Positions 37,918 to 50,082 of a stretch of DNA of 64,000 nucleotides are shown in pieces. The DNA is from the human T2T-CHM13v2.0 reference genome, Homo sapiens. The position numbers were made by a program, and so were the translations under genes. The notes below the pieces were generated by a model. It did no database searches. It was not told the DNA's origin and saw only the letters and a list, made by a program, of their open reading frames with translations. The DNA lies in NCBI RefSeq assembly GCF_009914755.1, contig NC_060931.1; one strand, 5' to 3'. Position 1 is the stretch's first letter; the number at the start of each line of letters is the position of its first letter.

Positions 37918-40900
37918 TGGCTAAAAATTTGCGTGCTTTCTATGACTGCTATTTGCTGCAAACTCTCCTCCTAATACTTTGGTCATTCTTTGCTATGATT
38001 TTGCCTTCGGCTCTCTATTTGCCATTATTGTATTCTGAATTTTAATGGTTGGCTAGAACTAATTTTTTGCCAAAAAAAAAATGCTAAACAGTATTCAACA
38101 TTTTCTATGAAGTCTTCACTTTTTTTAACTTATAAATGTATTTAAATTTAAGTTAAATCAATTAGAACATATAAAACAAAGGATTTCTAAACACTGGACA
38201 CATGTGTAATGGAAGACATCTAATAAACCACAAGGTTTCAGTCCTATAGCATTTTTGGTGAGCGGAATTCCAGCCCTAGATTAATTTAAAAATGTTTATT
38301 TATTAGGCATTGGCTACAGGGCAATAGTTCATGATCAATAGGTTGTGGGAAAGAATGTTATATATTTTTCTTTTTTTTTAAATTTTTGGGGTTCATTTGC
38401 CAGGAGTAGGCTATTGAATTGGGGTGGGAGTGAAAGATAAAAAATCTTTTCTGGGACTGGTTAGATTTTCTTTTAATTTATTTTATTGTATATATTTATG
38501 GTGTACAATGTGTTTTGATATGCTTCTACCAGAATACAAGGAACTCTAGGAAAAGGTAATTTAAGATTATACCCATCATTCTTAATTTCTAACTGCCATC
38601 ATTTCTGCCCCAAATAGTCTTCTCTACCACCATAGAGTACATCTCTATTTCTGTCCTTAGCATGCACACCCCAGCCACCCCACAGACTCTTCTGTATCCT
38701 CTTTACTGCAAGTCCAGTTCTGAATAGGCTTTGGGTTCTTCTCTTCTCCATGGTGAAACAAGATATTTTGTTTTTGTTTTTTTGTTTTGGTGGTGGTATG
38801 TTATCTGACAGTTGTAGAAGGTGTCAACTGGCTGATTTTCTGGGAGGCAAAATAGGGAAAGTTATTTTTTTTCCTTTTGGTCTCTGAGAGGTATTTCTGG
38901 CACTGAGTTTATTTTCACATGTTTGTGGAAGAAATAACCTCTTTCTTCTGCCCATCTGACTTTGGTTCTTGGAGAGAAGGAGTAGGGTGTTAGGACTGAG
39001 GGGCTTGGAGATGTGTCGTTAAAAATACTGAATCTTGGTTTAAATATTATAAACTTCTGAAATCTGAACTGGGGTAAGAAGAGGCTCAGGATTGTGGTTA
39101 ATTGTAATTTTTGTTTAAAAATAACATTATTACTTGAAAAATATTATTTGCAAAACAGAAAATATTTTGGCTATGTTACTGTCATTTACATCTGTAAACA
39201 CATTTATATACTTTTAAGCAGTTCTATTCTGATGCCTTAACAATCTTTTTTCCCCCTCAATCTGGGTCTCATCAACTTTTCTTTTACTGATTGGGAACCT
39301 TAGTTTTAAAGTTTATGCTGAGCTTAGAGTTACCTTGCAAATGACATTTCCCTAAACTGCAGCTGAATTTAATAGATTTTAAAAATTATGCCAGTGTTGT
39401 ATGTAGTTTTATCACTTAAGAATGCATTTTATTATAAAAGCATTCTAAGTAAAACTTTATAAACTTTGAACTCCATCTTGCACTCCGTCTTACTCTACTT
39501 TTTAATAGTATGCTTACCAATCAGTCTTCTTCCTCATAAACCAGCTCTATCAGAGACAATCCAGAAAGACACTCATAGTTATGAAATAATGGCACCTTTG
39601 TCAGAGAACTTGAGTTTCCACCTCTTTAATGCACATTTCATAAGCATTTTGGGAGCACTAAGTTGTTAGTTTTATGTTTTCTGCTTTAAAAGAACCAGGA
39701 GGTGAAGAAGATTACCTTTGGCAGCTCTGCTCCATGCCATCACTTTGTTGTCATTCTTGGAATGTCTCAGAAGGTTTTATTAGGTAAAGGCCTCTATAAA
39801 TTCCAGGTGTTGACCATATGTTCATCATTGCATCCACAAACAGAAAAACGGTTTTATTTTCAAATCTGACTTCCTTGTATAAGTGCAACAAATCCTGCAG
39901 ACTTGTTAGTACATAACTGTGAAAATCTTTACATAGTGTGAACTTTCTTTGCAAGTTAAGTTAAAAGCCAAAGAAAAATAGAACAGCCCACTCACATTCT
40001 CCCACTGTTCTACTATGCCAAAGAAAAGTTTTTGTGAAATTTACAAGGAACTATGCTGTTTATTTCCCTCGTCCATGTGAAGGCAGTGGAATTGGGGAGA
40101 AGTAGAATTCTTGCTTCATTAGTTTTGTCATCATATAGGAATGGATTTGGTTCTCTTTTTGGCTACTATTAACTAGTTAAGTTTCAGGAGCTGCCATCTT
40201 ATAACTCCAGCGTGCTCTGTAACTTGTCAGACAACCTAACACATGAGATGCCAAACCTTGGATGACAGTGGAGAGTAAGATAATGAGATGACCCAGTGTC
40301 CTAATCTCATCCCAACTGTGCTTTTCATTCACCTCCCTCTTTGGATATTTTGAGAAAAGAAGGAAACAAAAAAGAGGCCAAAAATGAGAGGGGTCCACAA
40401 AGATGTCGGAAGCACTGAAACATCTTAGTGGAACATGAGCCTCCAAAGCTCCTCTAGTCATTTTTAGCCATAGTTTACAGCTTCTGGGCACTTCTGCTCA
40501 GTTTTGTGCTCAAAGGAATCAACCCAGAATAGTTTAGTAATCTTTAAGTGAAGGCAAGGTTGCTTGTAGAAACGGAGAACATTATTTTTATGTTCATCAA
40601 TGTTCGTTTAAATTGAGTTATTTATGTAACTATTTAAAATTGTAGAAATAGTTGTGAACATTGGCACAGTAGAGACAAATTAGCAGACAATGAATAACCA
40701 GAACATTCCACTACTTTGAATAGTTTTCTTCTTCAATTTTGAAAATTTGCTTATTTGGATTAAAGCTTTTAGTTTTCATTATAAGGCAGGAAAGCCTATA
40801 TGTATATTGGGTATATCTTAAACTTCAAATATTTTATATTTATATAATGTGCTACTAAGCAAATCATACACTCGTATTGGAGGCACAGGCTTTATTTAAA

Positions 40901-41510
40901 CTGAAAACCAGTTGTGCTTTAAAATAAAATTATGAAGTGAATTCTGACAACTGTGTTTATTAATGGTTCTTTCTTGATGCATACATTAATTTCTGTCTTT
41001 TACCTATAAAATATGCACAGTCAAATCTTGATTATATGAACTAATGGAGAAAATTTGTGAGTAATATGACAAATTATTTGAAGTGATGGAAAATTCTGAA
41101 ATGGCTCATATTCAACTTGGATGACAACATATTAGTAAAAGTAATATTATCTCTATTTTTGATCTGAAAAATCTGTGGTATTACTGATGAAATAGCAAAA
41201 CTACTTTGTAAAAATATAAAGATCTGCCTTCACCATTTTACCTCTCATTTCGCCACTCAGATCCAGGAAGAAAGAGTGTTACCCCTTGAGTTAACACAAA
41301 TATGAAACTCTTCTCTCTTGCAAGAAAGCTGTTTCATATCTTTCTTAAAGTTAAGAAAGTTCTTTTTACTCAATTCTTCTCCTTTAATGCCTAACAGATT
41401 TGAGCCAAATAAGATAGGGTTCATGCCAACTAAGTATTAAATAATTAATTAAAGAGAATTGGCTATATGGGTGATTTTTAAGCACATGTTAACTTTTTAA
41501 ACATAAATTT

Positions 41511-41688
41511 GTATATTATTTATTTAGGATTTTGAGTATACAAGTGAAATTTTGTTACATGGATATATTCATAATGGTGAAGTCTGGGATTTTAGTGTGT
41601 CCATCACCAGAATAGTGAACATTGAACCCAATAGGAAATTTTTCAACTCTCACTCCCCTCCCACTTTCCCCACTTTTCGAGTCTCCAA
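41511..41688 (-). mobile_element. 5'-truncated L1PB/L1MA 3' end
   Basis: TTTTGTTACATGGATATATT...GGTGAAGTCTGGGATTTTAGTG; TSD TAAACAT(A/G)AATTT at 41498-41510 and 41689-41701. Confidence 0.88.
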
Positions 41689-43570
41689 TAAACATGAATT
41701 TTTACAGTCATGCTATATTATTTCCTTTCAAAAATTTTCTAGTGATAAATCCTATAGTTTTATTCCTGGATCGTTATTTTCCCTACCTAGGACATATTTT
41801 AAAAGAAAATTCTCTCTACTTTTGTAGGTAAAGTCAAGTTAGACGTTTTTTAAAAGTTCTTCATGCCACTTGTGTTTTTAAACTTTTGCAGCAGACTTGG
41901 ATCTCCTTGTGCATTTAGAAAACTAAGCTCACAGCCAGTAATAACAAACTTAAATCTCTGAGACCGTTTTTTCTCCTCCAGACCATGTGATCTATTCTTT
42001 CTCTACTTTCCCTAGGGTTTATTGGTAAGAGCCTGGAGTTTAACATGTGTTCCGTCTGAGGTGTGCAATGTAGGTCCATTTTGTTTCTTCATTCAGCTAA
42101 GCATACTGAAGGCAGGCACGGGGTGTTACAGCTCTACTGTATATCTGAATGCACTCAGCACTGAATGCACTCAATTCATCCTGAATTGATTAATTCAGGA
42201 ATGAAGCAATATAAGTCACTCATAAATAATCTTGATTAATAGGAATTTTAAAAGAAAAAACTCACTTGGCCATTTAGAAATGTGTTTTGCTAGAAAAATG
42301 TAATTCTCTTTTGTAAAAGAATGCTGTTTCATTATTGCTTGTTTCATAACGCTTTTTCTCCCTTTTTTTGTTTTTATTACCATTAGAAAAAAAAATATGG
42401 CATTCTGCCTGTACTACAACTTTTGTCCAGTCTTAAATTTGTGGGAATTATAGCAGATTTCCTTCAACTCACTTTCAATAATCATAACTACATTCTTGTT
42501 AATGACATGCACTCTAAGTAACTCAGTGCTGAACAGAGTCTACTTTAATTGGGAAGGAAAGGATTTCCATTGGTATTCCTTGGACCCAGAGCTAGAATTG
42601 ACATTTCATTATACCTAGTGACATGGCCTCTCTTCTGTAGGAGAAATAAAAGGTATTACCTACAAATAGGCAACAGGCACCTGACCTGTTGGATCAGGTT
42701 ATGTTGGGTTACATGATGTGACATGCCCTGCAGTGACCTGAGGCAATGTCATTCTGTGTTACCCTGGTGGAGCTGTGCTGCTCTTTATTAAACAATCTGG
42801 GGATGGCTTATCGGCAGAGGTCACAAAACATTTTCATGCCACCTTTGCATAGAAGTGGAGAATCAGCCACATTCTGAATTATTCCTCCTAGGGGTCACTT
42901 AAGGAAATCAAAGAGCACAAGAACCACAAGAATCACAAGAGTTTCCATTGTTTTAGAATTAGAATTCAAATTCTCAGGTACACAACAGAGACATGCATTT
43001 TATGAGACAAGGATGATGCATAGACGGGGAACAAACTGTACTCTGAAATGAAAATGTTCCATCAAAAACACTTCCAGTGTTCTTAAAATAATCACTTAAG
43101 CTTTCAAATGGGTTTACTTACTTTTTATATAAAGTCGGTTTGTAATTACTCTTTCTAATAAATCAAAGTTATCGTTTTGAATTATAATGTGTAAATTAGA
43201 GGCCCCAACTAAAAGATGTGATAAAAGTATGTCTTTAGTCTTACCCTTGAGATGATTTTTATCAAGACAGTGGCTCTCAAGAAGAAACTATCTAAAATTA
43301 CTACATTATGTGATATTATGTGTGGAAGGAATCCATTGTGTTTGGTCATTTTTTTCTAATGATTTTAATAGTATTTTCCTATTGATACATCTTGCATATA
43401 AATTCAGTTTTAATGATCTGCATAAAGAACTGTACAATATTACATAGGTACATCTATCTAGTGATTTTAAAGTAATTACTGGTGCATGGAACAGAATATA
43501 ACCTTTTGGTTATATTCTGCAGTAAAAGGAATAGGTTAGAAAGGTTTTTATGCAAATTAGAAATGCTCTG

Positions 43571-44722
43571 TGTCGGAAGCCTAATTGTACTTTTTATTGT
43601 TAGACAAGTCAATACTGCTTTAATACACATTTTATAAGCTTCTTGCTGAAATTGTATATGAAAGGGATTGGTTTCCATAGATGAAAGGCATAATCTTAAC
43701 AATGAGGCCACATAAGCAGAGTGGTTGAAGTACTGATAAAGGATTTGTTAGCTCCAACATAGAATAAGTCTTATTAGCCTTATTAGTTACTACTGTTTGA
43801 CCCACTACTATTAACTGTGTGAGTCACATGCATTGCAAACTAGGAAGGAACAGCACTGTATTTGGCCATTTAGAGTAAATGTAATCAAATATGAAGAGCG
43901 TTTCAATTGCAAAGAATTAAGAACCATACCTTGTCCTTTGGTCTCCTCCTCATTCAAAGGGAGTTACTTGAATATTGGGGATTTTAATTTTCAAAAACTT
44001 TTGCTGTTTATACAGAGTTCAAATATATCAAATATTATGTTCAACTTTTCTTTGTATATCAACATAACTTCTATGTAAAAGGAAATGCAAAAGTAATTAG
44101 TCATTGGTTATAACATCATGAAAATTTAAGAGATTAAAAGAATATGAAACAGGAATTCTAATAAATCTGAATCATAAACACTTATCATTTGTGTCATTTT
44201 TATTTACAACTGATTATATTTTTCACCTAATTTAATAATGGAATAGATTAAGAATGGTTTGTGTATAATATTTGCTAAGAAATTTCTAGAAATCATAAAA
44301 TCATTAAAGAGAGAAGAAAAAAATGTCCCAGTTTCAAATTTGAATAATAGGGTTATAGCAGTGTTAGGCTCAATATTGTAGCTATTCTGAGAATCCTACT
44401 TATTTTCACAACCTGATTTATCCACCCCCCTTCCGATTTTTTGAACCATATGTATTTATAATAAATTTATTAGATCCTTAAGTTAATGGTTTCTTTTGTT
44501 TTCACGAGTATATACTTATCCCCAAATTCATTGAGTTGTATACATTATGTGTAGCATTTTATGAGTCAGTCATAAAATACTTAGATGAAATACATAGATG
44601 AAATACTTTCATCTATGAAAACCAATCCATTTCATATATAGTTTCAGCAAGAAACTTATAAAATGTATATTAAAGCAGTATTGACTTGTCTAACAATAAA
44701 AAGTACAATTAGGCTTCCAACA
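43571..44722. repeat. 117-bp inverted duplication (arms 43571-43687 and 44606-44722)
   Basis: Manual reverse-complement alignment: ungapped, 7 mismatches in 117 bp. Confidence 0.95.
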
Positions 44723-45340
44723 TGTAGCCGAATTTAAAAAGTGGGCCTTTTTTTAAAGTTCTGTTGTTTTCAATTAAGAATTCTGAATAAACCCTATGTT
44801 TTTTAGTTTGCGTTGAAAACAAATATTTTTTATCAGAGTTATATATCGTTAGCATAAAATTACAGCTTAATTAAAGGTTTAAATCTAATCAAGCAAACAA
44901 AAATCATAAACCAGCATAGAAGGTACTAAAATATGTATATATGTGATCATGTAATTATGAAAGACTATGTTCATTCATTAGCTCATTCATGAAATACTAA
45001 TACTTAACAATAGTTTAAGAAATGTTCTGAAGCACTGGTAGTAGAAGTGAGGTGGTGAGAAGTTTTGAATTCTAGCTATATTTTGAAAATAGAGCAAATA
45101 GAACTTGGTGATGGATTTGAGGGGGATATCAGAGTATGTAAGGGGTCAATAATTTGTTTTGGCAACTAAAAATTCACTTGTATAGTTGACATATGGAAGA
45201 CTAAATGGAGAACAGAATTCTGGGGGATGGAGAATATGAGCTAGGTTTTGAATTTGCTTTGAGATGCCAATTAGACATCTGAATGGCAATGTTGGACAGA
45301 AAGTTCAATGTTTAGCAGCCTGTAGGGGCAAGCAAGAGCC

Positions 45341-45835
45341 TGTGGTAGGCAGAAGAATTCCTGCCGAAAGATGTCTGTATTCTAGTCCCTGGAACCTGTG
45401 AATATGCCTGTTTACATGGCAAAGATAAATTGAGGTTGAAGATGGAAGTAAGATTGGTCATCATCTGATCATAAAATAAAAAGTTTTTCTGGATTATCTG
45501 AGTCAGCCCAATGTAATCACAAAATTCCTGTATGTGGAAACAGGAGGCAGAAGAGTCATTGTCAGAGTGATGCAATGTAATAAAGACTCCAGTGGCCGTT
45601 GCTGGTTTTAAAGATGAAAGGGGCTCATGGGAAGACAGTGGGAGGCCTCTAAAAGCTGGAAAAGGAAAATTCTACCCTATAGCCTCAGGAAGGGAAAGTA
45701 ACCCTCTAGTCACCTTGATTTTAGCCCAGTGAGATCCCATTCAGACTTCTGTCCTCCAGATCTGTAAGATAATTTGCATTTTGAAGACATTATATTTGTA
45801 TTAACTAATCACAGATGCCATGGTAAACAAATACT
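45341..45835 (+). mobile_element. MLT1D/E solo LTR
   Basis: TGTGGTAGGCAGAA...CCCTGGAACCTGTGAATATG...TTACATGGCAAAG...CACCTTGATTTTAGCCCAGTGAGA...AAACAAATAC. Confidence 0.9.
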
Positions 45836-46666
45836 GTGTAAACCAGCCGTTTATTTTTTAGGAATTTTACAAGCTAGTTGCCAACAGACTCTTCATTAAA
45901 AATTAAATTATGTAAACTTACACTTGATTAAATTATATTCAAAGATAAGGTAATAGATAATCAAAACTCATTACTTCCTAACTTTTAACTAGATTTTTAA
46001 AATACTCATGTCCTAGAAGTTATTTACTTCTATTGTATCTATATGGTAGAAGCATTATACAATGGTGTGCTAGTGTATATGTTTTCCCAGCTCCACATTC
46101 AGTGGTGTCATGTTGGTAACTTGAAATTAGCCATGCTGCGAATATTTAGACCATGGAAAGTAACGAATGCTACAAATCAGAACTTTTTATGATTTTTTTA
46201 GTTTAGAAAGTGGCAGAGAAAATGTTAATAGGGCAGATTAACCTTAAACATGCATCCTGTTTGTGGCTGCTGCATTGTGACTACCACCAAAACAAACAAA
46301 CAAACAAGAAGATATTCTTGCAGTATTTGAAAAGTATTTTTGATTCAGCAAAGAAATTCCACACAGCATTGACGAAGGAGTAAAATTCTGGGCTGGGCAT
46401 GGTGGCTCACGCCTGTAATCTCAGTACTTTGGGAGGCCGAGGCAGGTGGATCATGAGGTCAGGAGATCGAGACCATCCTGGCCAACATGGTGAAACCCCG
46501 TGTCTACTAAAAATACAAAAAATTAGCTGGGTGTGGTGGCACATGCCTGTAATCCCAGCTACTCAGGAGGTTGAGGCAGGACAATTGTTTGAACCAGGGA
46601 GTCAGAGGTTGCAGTGAGCTGAGATCACGCCACTACACTCCAGCCTGGCAACAGAGCGAGACTCCA

Positions 46667-46699
<33 letters not shown>

Positions 46700-47042
46700 C
46701 TGACATAAGTTTTTGTTGTTGCACTCTGTCTTACTTGCTAATATAAATAAAAATACCAACAAATATTCATGTTGCAGCTACACTTGTTTATCAGTTGCAG
46801 TCATAATTTTACCATGGATACAAAAGTTTAGCAAAAATAAAGAGAAATATTTTATGAGAATAAACTGGTTATATAAAATTAGAAATTATAATATTGTCTA
46901 TTTCATTATTGTCTATTTCATTATTGTTTGTAACTTATGTGCTACACACATTTTATATCAGTAAAATTTATAATAAACTTATGTATATTTATACATGTGT
47001 TCTTTTTTTCTAAAAGTTGGTTGTTAAACCAGGGCACTCCTG
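45836..47042. mobile_element. MER63C/D hAT-Blackjack element
   Basis: GTTGGTAACTTGAAATTAGCCATG...ATTTAGACCATGGAAAGTAACGAATGCTACAAATCAG; end GGTTGTTAAACCAGGGCACTCCTG. Confidence 0.75.
46391..46697 (+). mobile_element. Full-length AluSc with an A28 tail
   Basis: GAGATCGAGACCATCCTGGCCAACATGG and CAGCCTGGCAACAGAG diagnostics; TSD AAAATTCTG. Confidence 0.97.
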
Positions 47043-47299
47043 GATATATGAGACTGAAATTCAGAAAAGAGTTGGAGCTAAAGATAAAAATACGGGTGTC
47101 TTCAGCCTATAGAATATTTACTGTCATAAATTTACATGAAATTTAAAATGAAATCAGTAGAGAGTGAGGATGTGTAATGTGTGGTGTAGAAGAATTAAAG
47201 AATGGTGTCCTAGAGGTCAAGTTTAAAAAAAGTGTAAATATAAATATAATAAAAAACACAAAATCCATCAACATATTTTATTTCATGTGAAAAAAATCA

Positions 47300-49160
47300 G
47301 AAACACTTGAATCAAAACATCAAAACTAAGAACCAAAATATTTCATGTTAGAATAAAGTGCATTTGCAACATGCATTTCAGAGAATGGGTATAGATGTGA
47401 CTATTAAATATCTTTTAAAAAAGAGTCCCCGCCACAAAAAGAAAAATGGAAAAGTAATGTTGCTAGATAACTTATGAAAGAAGAAATGTAAAAGGCTGGA
47501 AATATGTATAAACTAATTGTTGATCATAAAAAGCTAAAAAGTATTGTGTAACTGCTCTGTATATCAATTTGGAATTGTATCAAAATCGTAAAAACATGCA
47601 TAACAGTTTATCCATTAATTTCAGTCTAGAATTGCATCTAAGGAAATGATTAATAACATATTGTACATATTTATTGCACAGGTATTTATAAAGCAAAAAT
47701 AATGGACAGAGTTATTTATCAACTCTGAATATGAAAACACTGAAAGAGTTATACAGTTACCTTATAGGATACTAGTACAAAATTAGAAATCAATAGTTTA
47801 ATATGACCCTGAATTTATGCATGCATGCATGCATACCCACAGGCCCATACACACATATACAAACATGGATTGCATACCTACTTTTAAATTACATTGTGTA
47901 ATATTTGAGAAAAATATAGTGAAGGACAAATCAATAAATATTACCTATAACTCCGACATCATGATGTAATAAATATTTGACATTAAAAATACAAATATGC
48001 ATTTCTTAAGATAAAAATTGGAATGTCCCTATAAGTAAAACAGTAACAGATAATATTAAAATGAAATATTAAAAGGATGATGTAACAAGAAAAAATATTT
48101 TAAAAATTAGAGATTCAGTCTCCAAATTTTCTTAACATCTGCCTAATTAAAGTTTCAGAAAGAGGGAATGAGAAAAAAGGGGGAAAGATAGTATCTGTTA
48201 AATCATTTTAAAGACAAATTCTGGACACAAAGAATGTAAATTTCAAATCAAAAGTATCCAATAACTTTGAACACAATGAATGCAATAAGACCTATAGCAG
48301 GGGGCATCATTATGAAATCTCAGAATGCTAGGTTTAAAGAGAGACAGCTAAGAGTATCCAGTGTGGAAGAAAACAAAGCTAAATGAGTGAAATAAGCAGT
48401 TCACATTCAAAAGGACAGGTATCAAAATGGCGTTAGATTTATCAACAGTGACACTGGATGAGAGGAGAAAACACAACCATAGCAACAACAGCAAAGCCTT
48501 CTTCCTGAGGGTACAGATTGGAATAGGAGGACCAACTCTTCGTGAGGCTATTTCAAGCAACATAAAAAGGAACTTACAGATTACCCAAGAATGAATTGAG
48601 AGATTTATAGGTTTGGGAGAAAGTTAGGGTTGCCAAATTTATGATAGATACACAGAAAACTAAACAAACAAAATTAAAACTGAAGAGACAACAAGATAAT
48701 CGCTAGTTTTTGAGATAAGAAAAGATTGCCTAGAAAAGAAAATATGATCATAATTTACTACCCAGCCAAACTTTAACAAAATTTACCAAGTCATAACCTA
48801 GTATTGACCCTGATTGTTTAATTAACCAAAAATTGTGGTATTTAATTAACCAAAAATTTTGAGAACCAAATTAACCAAAAATTGTGAGAACAAAGACAAT
48901 ATGTCTGTGAGAGGATTGTTGCAAAAAAAAAATTCCCCTTCTAAAAGAAGAAAAATTCTAAAATAGAAAAAATTTTAAAAATAGCAAGTTAAATACATTA
49001 TTTAGGAATATGAAGGTAACTGCAAAAGGAATAACTAAAAGATTGAAAGTGATTGCCATGGGAAATGGCACTTCTGTATTTCATTACAGATATTAGGAGA
49101 ATATGATTTTTTAAATCCTCTATAACTATTATTTTGATAAATATCAAAATTAAATTTAAA
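47300..49160 (+). mobile_element. Old L1ME/HAL1-like fragments
   Basis: A-rich sense L1 texture; ORF1-like AAGGACAGGTATCAAAATGGCGTTAGATTTATCAACAGTGACACTGGATG. Confidence 0.55.
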
Positions 49161-49201
49161 AAGAGTAAAAAATATATATATGTGCTAAATATTAGAGCCT
49201 G

Positions 49202-49220
49202 CAGCCACTAGAGGGCAAAT
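49202..49220 (+). promoter_or_regulatory. Candidate CTCF binding site
   Basis: CAGCCACTAGAGGGCAAAT matches the core CCASYAGRKGGC. Confidence 0.65.
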
Positions 49221-49959
49221 ACTTCCTGGAGATCAATGGAGATTCAGAAGGGAAACGTGGTCTCCTAAGTAGGGACTGGGCTAGACCTAGTCAAAATTAT
49301 CCAGTCGACACTTATCTAAAATAGCACAGTGTAGCATGAAGAGGGTTAAAAGTTTTTAAAAAAAGTTTTAATATTCTCATACAAAATAACATAAACAAAA
49401 TAACATAACTAAGATGGTAGAAAATCCATTTATAAAAACACTGTCTTCTTCCTTATAGATACAAAATTAAATTATCTTACAAAATATTTTAGGATGGATA
49501 TTTGCTTTTACCTAAAAGTGATTGTACATTCCAATATAATGAACAATAAGGTCATTTAATCAGATTGTTGTAGAGGAGACATTGATTCAAAGGAGAGAAA
49601 GATCTTCCCTGGACATGAGCTTTACTAGTCACATGAGGAAATAAGGTAGCCCCAGAGAGAGTCTAGAAGAGTTGAGAGAAACAGCAAGGAAGAATCAAAG
49701 GAGGACATTGAGATGATGTTTGCAAATATGTTCAGGAGAAGCAGAAGCAAGTTGGTAAAGATTAATTCACCAATTCACAAACCAGTTCTTAAGAAGCATT
49801 AGACTAAATGCAATCTCAAAGTTCCTGTTAGTGCTGAAATTTAATGATTTTCAGAGGTAAGACCTGTTTTTTGTATGATGTTAACATGAATTATTTGATG
49901 CTAGAGGGCAAGACCTATGTCTAATTTACTTTGTACAGTGCATGAAAGAGTGTGACAAA

Positions 49960-50082
49960 TAGGTAAATGCCCATGTGATTTATTATTCAAACCGGGACAT
50001 TTTGAGAGAGAGAAAGGAGATGCTATTAATAATTGTAGGCCTAGATCATGACTGGTCAAGAGCAAAAAAAGTAAGATCACCC
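49960..50082. mobile_element. MER81 hAT-Blackjack MITE
   Basis: ATTTATTATTCAAACCGGGACATTTTGAGAG...GCTATTAATAATT...GATCACCC. Confidence 0.75.

Larger units (their letters stand above)
44975..47230 (-). mobile_element. L2 fragment interrupted by MER63, MLT1D and an Alu
   Basis: TTTGAGATGCCAATTAGACATCTGAATGG (45258-45286) resumes after 47040 as GGATATATGAGACTGAAATTCAGAAAAGAGTTGGAGCTAAAGATA. Confidence 0.65.
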
